From Acidobacteriota bacterium (lineage in GTDB: Bacteria; Acidobacteriota; Blastocatellia; Pyrinomonadales; Pyrinomonadaceae): a stretch of 64,000 nt of DNA. Within the stretch, counting starts at the first letter, position 1; each line of letters begins with the position of its first letter. This document shows, in pieces, positions 1 to 9,778 of the stretch. The DNA lies in assembly GCA_031408595.1 (NCBI GenBank), contig JANNWQ010000296.1, positions 916 through 64,915 on the forward strand, in the 5' to 3' direction. The translations under genes and the position numbers were made by a program. The notes under the pieces were generated by a model. It saw only the letters and a program-made list of their open reading frames with translations. It was not told the DNA's origin and ran no database searches.

Positions 1-460
1 AAAGTGCCGGATCCGCCGCGTTCCCGTCGCTGTCGAGCCAGTTCGGAAGGCTGTCACCGTGAACAAAACGAAGTTCTGACCCGTGTTTAGGCTTACCGAA
101 ATGCGAAATCCTTGCGACGGCGAGCGATCCTTTACGCATAATTCCATCGAGAGGAGTTCGCACCCAACCCGCTTCGATCGTCAAACATCTCACTCCAAGA
201 CGAAACAAGGCGAGGCGGCCGACCATATTTGAATTGCCGTATTTGAAACTATGTGGCTCGACACGCTCGATGTTCAGATGCGGCCGGGAGCGCATCTTAC
301 GGCCGGCGATCTCGATCATCGTGTCAAACAGCCAGCCTACACCTGCCGCTCGAATCGCGTCGTTCGTTGCCTTTAGGCGCAGATATTCGGCGACATCGCC
401 GCTAGCATCCGGAAGAGCATCTTCAAGCATTTTCGACCAGATACGGTCGAGTTCGGTCAT
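1..460 (-). CDS. hypothetical protein, partial (3' end beyond window edge)
   Basis: Hand translation from ATG (458-460) is stop-free down to position 2 (MTELDRIWSKMLEDALPDASGDVAEYLRLKATNDAIRAAG...). It is absent from the ORF track because no stop lies in the window. No family recognised. Confidence 0.45.
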   Translation of the reverse strand, partial: MTELDRIWSKMLEDALPDASGDVAEYLRLKATNDAIRAAGVGWLFDTMIEIAGRKMRSRPHLNIERVEPHSFKYGNSNMVGRLALFRLGVRCLTIEAGWVRTPLDGIMRKGSLAVARISHFGKPKHGSELRFVHGDSLPNWLDSDGNAADPAL

Positions 461-521
461 AAGGCGAGAATATTGGACGCAGGGGGAAAAGGCAATTTCG
501 TGTTATGATTTTGGGCAGGTT

Positions 522-3500
522 ATGAAGTTTTTCACGTTGTTTTTGAGGGCCTCGGCCGTTAGTAGTCTCTTAGGTGTCATCTTTTTCGGCGCTGGCTTTT
601 CCCAAACCACGAAACCCAAATCAACTGCGGTAAAATCGACGACGACAAAAGTACAACCGGGCACTAAGAAATCTAAACCGGCCGCCGCAAAGTCTCAGGC
701 AAGCGATAAGAAGCCTAAATCGACAACTAAATCGTCGACGCCCACTAAGACCACAACGCCAAAGCCCAAAACAACGGCTACAAAGCCAAAAACATCAAAA
801 CCAAAACCAGTCGAAGAGCCGAAACCTGACGAGAAGACCGAATGGGACAAGGCGATAGCCGTTAGCGATGCCGGTGAACGTATCTCAGCCGCTCGGAAAT
901 TTCTGTCAACATTTCCGGCCAGCGAGAGGAAGAACGAAGGCCTTGCGTTGATCGTCATAGCGGCAACAGAGATCGGAAACGCGTCCCTAGCCGCGGGTGA
1001 ACCGGTGAAGGCGGCCGAGCATTTCAAGGTAGCCGCAAACGACGCTCCGGTTCCGGTTCCAGATCAACTTTTCAACGAAGCTCTTTCCAAATTTCCTCTG
1101 AATCTATATTTTCGAGGTGCCCGGACCGAGGCATTTGAGATCGCATCGATACTCGAACAAAAGGCAGCGACGAATGCGGACCAATTGCTTAGTATCGCGA
1201 CGTTCTACATGAGCGTTGAAAACGGAGCCGAGGCTCGCCGGGTCGCCGAGGCGGCGATAAAGATCGCTCCGACATCCGCGTCTGCCTATCAGACACTCGG
1301 GCTTGCTAGTCGCATCGATTTTCGACTAGATGAATCGGCAGCCGCATACGCAAAAGCGCTCGAACTAGATCCCGAATCCCTCTCTGCCCGTCGCGGCCTC
1401 GCGGAGATGAAGCGCTCGACAGGCAAGGCCGACGAGGCAGTTGCTCTGTATCGAGAGATTCTGGCAAAGGATGCGACAAATGTTCCGTCCCAGACTGGTA
1501 TTGTTCTCGCTCTTTTTGACAGTGGAAAAGTCACTGAAGCAGAAGCCGAGATGGCGAAGTCACTTGAGGCAAACCCCGGCAATGTCATCCTGCTCGCTGG
1601 AGCCGCCTATTGGTACGCCGTCAACAAAAATGGCGACAAGGCTGTTTCATCTGCACAGCAAGCGATCGCCAGCGACCCGCGATTTATCTGGTCACACATC
1701 GCTCTCGCTCGAGGATATTTGAGCCAAAACAACGCGGCGGCAGCTGAGAAAACTCTGCTCGCGGCACGCCGATACGGCAATTTCCCGTCGCTCGAATACG
1801 AGATCGCATCGGCCCGGATCGCCGCAGGATTTTATCGCGAGGCGGCAGAGGAATTGGTCAAGAGCTTTTCTGTCAAAGACGGCATGATCAAGACAAATCT
1901 CGGCGGCCGCGTTTCGCGTGAATCAAAAGACTTTACCGAACTCATCGGCTACGAACGCCGGGCCAGTATTTTTGCACCGACTGCCGCCGACAGTCCCGAA
2001 AACGCCGCGAAGCTAACCGCACTTCTCGAGATCAAGCAACAGCTCGACTCCGCCGAATTGAAAGCCGAGACGCTCGGGAAAGCGGTCGACGATTTTATCC
2101 GTGGCGATGACAAGATGCGTGTGCATAGGCAGCTTTTTGCGGCGGCGCAATTGCTGGACAAACGCTTATTACTGCCGAAGGTCCTTGAACTGACCAAAAC
2201 TGCGGTCAGCGGTGTTGATGCGGGACTGGATATCTCGGCTCCATCGGGCGCCGTAATGGCAAGCGAACTATATGAAAGTCGTTCTATCGCGATCACCAAG
2301 GGCGAATACATCACTCTGCCCGATGTACCACGGCAAACGCTTTCAGCTATCATGCGCGGCCGCATCGAAGAGATCGCTGGTTGGGCACTCTATCAAACGG
2401 ATGCCAACGACGACGCTATCGTTCGCCTAAAGCGAGCCGTAGGTGTGCTACCCGGCGACAGTGCCTGGTGGCGTTCGAGCACATGGCGGCTCGCATCGGC
2501 ACTAGCCAAAGCCGGCAAGGACTCCGATGCACTCGATTGGTACATCAAAAGCTACAAGAGGGCCGCTCCGAATGCGTTCAGCTATGCGGTTATCGAGGGT
2601 CTGTACAAAAAGATCAACGGCAGCACAGACGGACTTGAACTAAAGATCGGCGCAAAGCCGGCATCGGCTGCGGCCGCCGATGCCGTCGCCCAGCAAGTTG
2701 AGCCGACACCGACGCCCGAAACGAAAATCGAGGCATCACCATCTCCGGCGGAGTCGCCAAAGGTATCGGAAACACCATCTCCGACGCCAACGGTAGTTGT
2801 CGAGGAGCCAAAACCGACCGCGACGCCCGAGGAGATCAAACCTACGCCGACTCCGGAGGCATCGCCGGTGCCATCGGTCGTGCCGGTTGCAAAGGAGTCG
2901 CCGACTGCTGTCACCGAAGAAATAAAGAGCGAACCAACCCCAACACCCGTTACTGAGACACCAAAGCCAACTGCCGAGCCCACGCCGACCGTAACCGAAT
3001 CACCGAGCCCGACTTCAGTCGCCACGCCTGAAGAACCTCGGGCAACTCCTTCTCCGACACCAGAGGACAAGGCAACGGACCTGTCCGAATCAAAGAAAGA
3101 AACTGCGAGCAAGGAACTCTTTCCGCCGGTCATCATTTCCATTCCCAAGCCGTCCACGACACCAGCGGCAAAATCCCCGGAACCGGCTGCCACACCAACT
3201 CCGGCTCCTGAGTCTCCTGTTCTCGAAGCCAAACCAACCGAGGAGCCGTCTAAAACACCGTCCAAAACCACTGTCGCCGAGGGCCGTCCTCGCGTGGTGA
3301 GCACGCCGGAACCGGTCGCGGTGAAGCCCTGCACGCTTACCGTCAGCGAGGAAACAGTGACTCTGCAAAGCGGTGGCGGGGATCTTGCCGTGATCGTTGG
3401 CAGGTCGGATGACGGCGAGGAACTCGATGGCCTAACGGCTGTTTCGACGAGTCCGGAACAGGTTAACGTACGTCGTGAGCAGATCGCCGGAGTCAAGGCA

Positions 3501-3602
3501 CGGGCACTTTTTGTTCTGAGGCCGGGAGTTCGGACTGGTGTGTTTCAGGTGTTATTCCAAATGCCGTGCGGCAAGAAAGAGATTGTCGTTCGCGTTCGCT
3601 AG
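522..3602 (+). CDS. exported/anchored TPR-repeat protein with K/T/P-rich and P/T/E-rich low-complexity tracts and a Cys-bracketed C-terminal domain
   Basis: Lies inside track ORF 234..3602. The ATG at 522 gives the signal/anchor MKFFTLFLRASAVSSLLGVIFFGAGFS. TPR-like helices are present (AYAKALELDPESLSARRGLAEM, EAVALYREILAKD). PT-rich linker at nt ~2650-3320. Confidence 0.85.
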   Translation: MKFFTLFLRASAVSSLLGVIFFGAGFSQTTKPKSTAVKSTTTKVQPGTKKSKPAAAKSQASDKKPKSTTKSSTPTKTTTPKPKTTATKPKTSKPKPVEEPKPDEKTEWDKAIAVSDAGERISAARKFLSTFPASERKNEGLALIVIAATEIGNASLAAGEPVKAAEHFKVAANDAPVPVPDQLFNEALSKFPLNLYFRGARTEAFEIASILEQKAATNADQLLSIATFYMSVENGAEARRVAEAAIKIAPTSASAYQTLGLASRIDFRLDESAAAYAKALELDPESLSARRGLAEMKRSTGKADEAVALYREILAKDATNVPSQTGIVLALFDSGKVTEAEAEMAKSLEANPGNVILLAGAAYWYAVNKNGDKAVSSAQQAIASDPRFIWSHIALARGYLSQNNAAAAEKTLLAARRYGNFPSLEYEIASARIAAGFYREAAEELVKSFSVKDGMIKTNLGGRVSRESKDFTELIGYERRASIFAPTAADSPENAAKLTALLEIKQQLDSAELKAETLGKAVDDFIRGDDKMRVHRQLFAAAQLLDKRLLLPKVLELTKTAVSGVDAGLDISAPSGAVMASELYESRSIAITKGEYITLPDVPRQTLSAIMRGRIEEIAGWALYQTDANDDAIVRLKRAVGVLPGDSAWWRSSTWRLASALAKAGKDSDALDWYIKSYKRAAPNAFSYAVIEGLYKKINGSTDGLELKIGAKPASAAAADAVAQQVEPTPTPETKIEASPSPAESPKVSETPSPTPTVVVEEPKPTATPEEIKPTPTPEASPVPSVVPVAKESPTAVTEEIKSEPTPTPVTETPKPTAEPTPTVTESPSPTSVATPEEPRATPSPTPEDKATDLSESKKETASKELFPPVIISIPKPSTTPAAKSPEPAATPTPAPESPVLEAKPTEEPSKTPSKTTVAEGRPRVVSTPEPVAVKPCTLTVSEETVTLQSGGGDLAVIVGRSDDGEELDGLTAVSTSPEQVNVRREQIAGVKARALFVLRPGVRTGVFQVLFQMPCGKKEIVVRVR

Positions 3603-4972
3603 TGTCGGTGATGTCGACGTTTTTGGTGTTCATCAGTGACAACTGAGACGGTGGCGATTGCGGCGAGGAGAAGGAAGACGAACATGTTCGAATTCGTCCT
3701 CAGCGGAAAATCAAAGAAGCTGTGCACCATTATCCCCACACAGCCCGCGAGAGCACCGATCGCCGCACTTTGCCTAAAACCCTTCGTTGATGAAACGACG
3801 GCCAGCCCTTTCCTGAACAGCAAAAAGATGAACAATAAGACGCATCCGATGGCGACGAGGCCGCCCTCCGCGAGCATCTGGAGATACTCGTTGTGAGCCT
3901 GCTCGACCCGCATCAAGCCGCTCCAGGTGTCATAACGCGTGAATGCGACGCCGAACGAATCAAAGCCCGAGCCGATGAGAGGATTGGCAAAAAATATCTT
4001 CAAAGCGACCGGCCAAAAATGCAGTCGTCCAGTCGACACGTCGGTGTCCGCACTGACCGCACCGATGCCGCGAAGAACCTGATCATTGCCACCGATCAAC
4101 AACGCCGTGCCGATGATCACGAGCCCAAATCCGAGTGCACCCACCGCAAAGATCAGCTTTCGCTGAACTCCCGCGTTTTCCTCCGAACGCGACTTTCTCG
4201 CCGACATGAAAGTGAACAACGCTCCAAATGAAGCCATAGCGAGAAATCCTAAGAGCCCGCCTCGAGAACCGGTCAACGCGACTGCGATACCCGAGATCAC
4301 CAGTGCTATAGCGAGCATGTATTTCTTCTCTCGCGTCGTGTCCCGGCCGAGCAGGAGAGCCAGCGTCAGTCCGCCGGTCATCTGCATCAGGGCGGCAAAG
4401 TGATGCTGGTTAACGAACGGCCCGAACGGGATCGCCTGCGGGGTAAGCCGCATACCGTAAATGCCGTCGGGGTTTGCGAGCCGCTGAAGTATGCCGAAGA
4501 ACGCCATCGCCGCACCGAAGATAACGATGAGAACGACGATGCGTTGAAGCCGTTTCTCGCTATTTATATAAGCAAGTGCCGCCGCGAAGAACGTTGAGAA
4601 AATGATCAGCCGAATGACGAAGAAACGCGTCGAGTATGCATCTAGCGACAGCGAACTAGAACTAGAACCCGAACCCAGCGGCACAAGATGAACAACGCTA
4701 AGGGCGAGCAATCCAACGAGCGGCATCTGCAAGCTGCTTTTATTGAACAATATCCCGCCTTTGCTCCACCCGTCAGCCAGCCAGAGGCAAACGAGCACCG
4801 CCCAGAATATTGAGATGATCACCCAAGTCGCACTATCGACCGCCCCAAAAAGCACGGTTGCAAACGCAGGAATAATGCACAGCAGGGCGAATATCGCCGA
4901 GCTAATTCGCGTTGGGTCGCCGGGCTGAAAAGCCTCGATTGGATTAGATATTTGTGTCTCAGTTTCGGACAT
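3599..4972 (-). CDS. Wzy_C family polytopic membrane protein (O-antigen ligase/polymerase-like)
   Basis: About 10 TM helices. Signature RLHFWPVALKIFFANPLIGSGFDSF...VEQAHNEYLQMLAEGG. The start abuts the stop of the upstream gene. Confidence 0.85.
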   Translation of the reverse strand: MSETETQISNPIEAFQPGDPTRISSAIFALLCIIPAFATVLFGAVDSATWVIISIFWAVLVCLWLADGWSKGGILFNKSSLQMPLVGLLALSVVHLVPLGSGSSSSSLSLDAYSTRFFVIRLIIFSTFFAAALAYINSEKRLQRIVVLIVIFGAAMAFFGILQRLANPDGIYGMRLTPQAIPFGPFVNQHHFAALMQMTGGLTLALLLGRDTTREKKYMLAIALVISGIAVALTGSRGGLLGFLAMASFGALFTFMSARKSRSEENAGVQRKLIFAVGALGFGLVIIGTALLIGGNDQVLRGIGAVSADTDVSTGRLHFWPVALKIFFANPLIGSGFDSFGVAFTRYDTWSGLMRVEQAHNEYLQMLAEGGLVAIGCVLLFIFLLFRKGLAVVSSTKGFRQSAAIGALAGCVGIMVHSFFDFPLRTNSNMFVFLLLAAIATVSVVTDEHQKRRHHRH

Positions 4973-6261
4973 CTACAATTTCCTGATCGCGAGATCGTCG
5001 AATGTGATCGTGCCGTTCGTCGGGCACGATGCACCTGCACAGCCGTCGCGGGCGAAGCGGACGATCACGGCCTCGCTGCCTGCTGGTGCGGTAAATTTGA
5101 CCGAGAACGGTGCCCATGCCGGGGCTGCCGCAAGTGCATCCGTGCGGGCGATCGTGCCAGTCGTCGCCCCATGAGCGATCTCCCAGCGGAGCGAGGCGGC
5201 GGTCTTTACATCGCTGCGATAAAAGCCGTTGAGCTCGTATGCTGCTCCCGGCTCAATCAAAACCATTTGCGAGATCGAGCGAAACGCGGCCGTCTCGAAG
5301 CTGTTGAAGACCACGACCAGAGCATACTTGCCCGCATGCACCTGCGACTCGCTCAACCCCACCTGCGGCGAACCGCCATCCGCTATCTGCCATGTGAACA
5401 GCGGAGCCTCACGCATTTTGACCTCGCCTTCGAAGCCGCCATTCGTCAACTTGCCGACCAATGCGGCATCACCGCCGCTGATCGTTGCATAGACACGAGA
5501 TGCCAGTCCGAACCTCTTTGCGGCTGTCAAATCGGCGGCAAGCTTGGCCGTCGTTTGCTTGTACTTTCCCTGTTTACCTTCCGCCGAGATCCGCGACCAT
5601 GCCTCTACGGCGTCATCGATACGCTCCGCTTTGATCAGGGCGACCTGTAGGGCAGCATTTGTAGCGTCGGTCTCGCCGAGTTCGGTTAACGCCTTTCGAA
5701 CGTCGCCGTCGAAGATCTGCAATGCCGTCACGGCGGCGGAGGCGGCGTACTCGGGATTTGACGCCGCTGCCTTGGCCATCAATGTAAAACCTTCGCCGGT
5801 CGAGCCTTGGCGGACCAGAAAATTGCCGTACGCCCATTGGACAGCGGCATACTTTGGAGCGAGTTCGAGCGAGCGTTTGAACGCGGTCTCGGCTCCGGCG
5901 GTGTCGCCGTTCAGGTTTCGCGAACGGGCGAGGCCGAGCCAGAGCAGGTAATTGTTTGGCGAGGCCGCGGTCGCCTCGGCGTATTCACGCATCGACCGGT
6001 CGAGGTCGTTCATGTCGAACGTCCGCTCGAACGTAACTGCCGCCGCCAGCCGGACAGACGGGTCGCCGGGAGCAACCTCGGTCAGCCAATTCGCCACCAC
6101 CGGCGACTCGGGCCTGGTGCGGTCAAAGGTCGGAGCGACGGCACTGGCGAAGTGCCATTTTGCTGAAAAATACGTCAAGGTGAGACACGCCACCGCGATC
6201 ACGACGATGATGACGCGTGACGGAGTGCTGTCCAGCTTGATGATCTTCAACGAATTTTCCA

Positions 6262-6262
<1 letters not shown>
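4973..6262 (-). CDS. membrane-anchored TPR protein with C-terminal carbohydrate-binding-module-like domain
   Basis: N-terminal TM helix (VIIVVIAVACLTLTYF), TPR-like helices, and a C-terminal NGGFEGE... beta-rich domain resembling CBM4/9. TAATG one-nt overlap with the upstream gene. Confidence 0.8.
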
Positions 6263-8064
<1,802 letters not shown>

Positions 8065-8277
8065 TACAAAGTTCCGCTAATAGCTGACGGCTGGCAGCTC
8101 AAAAGCTGGAATTCAAACGGCTTTTGCAAGATTATCGCAGAAATTCAGTCATTTTTCTCTGATGACAATGATTTTTCTCAAAATCGAAGCGTTCCACCGT
8201 CCCAAACATTTCCCACACCGATAATTATTGCCTCCGAAGCATATTATGCGTCGACCACCGGCGGCTACACACTGCTT

Positions 8278-8314
8278 TTTGTCCCATTTTGTCCCACGAC
8301 CCGCGTGGGACAAA
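8278..8314. promoter_or_regulatory. operator-like array: TTTGTCCCA x2 (10-nt period) plus inverted TGGGACAAA; the last two form a 10-bp hairpin
   Basis: Direct reading gives TTTGTCCCAtTTTGTCCCAcgacccgcgTGGGACAAA, in the ORF-free region upstream of 6262..8064. Confidence 0.35.
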
Positions 8315-8611
8315 TAAGTCATTTGTATTCAATAGTTTCCGGCGATAATCTGCGTCAAAAACGTGAATTTTCGCAAAAACTTTTGTAAGACAATGTCTTA
8401 CAACTACGAGACAGCCGCGTGTTCGGTCAGATTGTCAGAGTTCTCGGCAAAACTATACGGTTCGCACACTATTTCCGGTTCGACGCTAGCACCGATCGAA
8501 ACGCCAGGAAATAACGATCCGCCGCTAATGTCACAATTCGCCGATAATGCCGCTAAATTTTTTGTGTGGATCAAACTCAGCCGGCTTCAGCCGATTGTCC
8601 GCGTTTCGCGG

Positions 8612-8788
8612 CACATAGCCACGCCCTTTAGGGCGTGGTTCGCATCGCTCGCGATTTCCGAGCCCGTTTCAATGGGCTTCCACCTCGCGGCTATAGCCAT
8701 CGGGCGCTAAAGCGCGCAAAAAGGACGTTAAAACGCCCTCGGAATATCCGCCGCAATCTACCCACGCCGTAAACGACGTGGCTATGTG
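8612..8788. repeat. REP-like pair: two ~29-nt hairpin units in inverted orientation flanking ~120 nt of further mini-hairpins
   Basis: CACATAGCCACGCCCTTTAGGGCGTGGTT (8612-8640) matches the reverse complement of 8760-8788 (CACATAGCCACGTCGTTTACGGCGTGGGT) at 25 of 29 positions. Two of the differences are compensatory within the stem. Confidence 0.5.
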
Positions 8789-8901
8789 TGCCCTTCGGGA
8801 AGCCTCGTGAACGAGGCGATCCAAAGACTCCTAGAAAGAAAGCGATACGAAAACAATGAATATGTTGCTAATTCACCTTCACGGCTTATAATTTAAGAAT
8901 A

Positions 8902-9507
8902 ATGTCTCTATCAATCTCCAACGCAAAGAGTTTTTTTGTAATCGTATCAATCGTCTTTGTGGCTTTAACACCTGCGCAAGGCCAAGTCTTCAAACCTGAT
9001 TCATATGAAGATGTGTGTCATGTATATGTTGTAGATATTGAAAAGACAAGAAAGGCGTTCGAGAGTTTTAAGCCCAGCGGGAATAGGGAGGCGGACGCAA
9101 AAGCCCTAAATGTCGGCCAAACATTGTTTCCTGTCTTTTTGACTAAATTCCAAGAAGAGGAGCTTACGACTAAACATTACCCGTTCCCCAGCAGCAAGCT
9201 ATTCATCAGTGCCAGCATCTACTATACCGATGAGTCAATGGCATCGTTTTCAACCTCGCCGAAATATGAACTAGTCGATCAGTCTATGTACTTAGGCATA
9301 GCGCTTTCTGCGAAAAAGCTTGAAAGTGCATTGGCTGATGAGACTCCAAACGCTTCCATGGTGGAAGTAACCTACGATGATTTTACGAACAAGGTGCGAG
9401 CTAAGCAGTACGTAAAAGTGAATGGACGAATGTATCTCTATGGGCTTGAGTGCGACTGCTCTGCAAAACGAGAACCCGAACTGACTAAGGAACGAAAGAA
9501 GAAGTAG
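8902..9507 (+). CDS. secreted hypothetical protein (AT-rich orphan)
   Basis: Track ORF with signal peptide MSLSISNAKSFFVIVSIVFVALTPAQG. Visibly lower GC than its flanks. No family recognised and no obvious SD. Confidence 0.6.
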   Translation: MSLSISNAKSFFVIVSIVFVALTPAQGQVFKPDSYEDVCHVYVVDIEKTRKAFESFKPSGNREADAKALNVGQTLFPVFLTKFQEEELTTKHYPFPSSKLFISASIYYTDESMASFSTSPKYELVDQSMYLGIALSAKKLESALADETPNASMVEVTYDDFTNKVRAKQYVKVNGRMYLYGLECDCSAKREPELTKERKKK

Positions 9508-9522
9508 GACGAAAAAATTCCG

Positions 9523-9771
9523 CTATCGGGCTTCATCAAACATTTTGATTCGGTTAGCACGTCGTTCCAACAACATCTGATAAACCTCCGAAATATCCGC
9601 GACCATTTTTTCGGTGCGGAAATTGGGGTCGACATGTTTGCGGCCGTTTTGACCTAGTTTGTGGCGGAGGTCTTCGTCTTCTAATAGATTGGCGATACGA
9701 TCCGCCAGGGCGACGTTATCAAACGCTTTGACGAGGTAGCCGGGGTAGTCGTCGATGACGACTTCGGGGAC
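9523..9771 (-). pseudogene. 3'-terminal relic (~82 codons) of a GT4 glycosyltransferase paralogous to 13696..14901
   Basis: Hand translation PEVVIDDYPGYLVKAFDNVALADRIANLLEDEDLRHKLGQNGRKHVDPNFRTEKMVADISEVYQMLLERRANRIKMFDEAR* aligns with the C-terminus of the intact GT4. 9574-9769 is ~92% identical (16 mismatches in 196 nt, hand count) to 13750-13945. The 5' part is missing because the kinase gene ends at 9779. Confidence 0.75.
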
Positions 9772-9778
9772 TTCAGGG

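Noticed and set aside
2582-3496. 304-aa minus-strand ORF (G/S/V/T-rich) and other ORFs antisense to the first gene (695..1027, 1949..2365, 3090..3368).
   Set aside because: They are shadow frames of the P/T/E-rich low-complexity coding region of 522..3602. They have no start context and their composition mirrors the sense strand.
8092-8107. Sigma-54-like GG-N10-GC spacing (TGGCAGctcaaAAGCT).
   Set aside because: It is on the plus strand, pointing away from the adjacent minus-strand operon, and 800 nt from the next plus-strand gene. The -12 element is also poor (AAGC rather than TTGC).
8260-8268. GGCGGCTAC, resembling the ops/JUMPstart core GGCGGTAG upstream of a polysaccharide operon.
   Set aside because: It is on the wrong strand for the minus-strand operon, it is an imperfect match, and RfaH/ops is an enterobacterial feature.
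8385-8401. 17-bp palindrome GTAAGACAATGTCTTAC.
   Set aside because: About 6 palindromes with 8-bp arms and a short loop are expected by chance in 64 kb. There is no second copy and no positional support.
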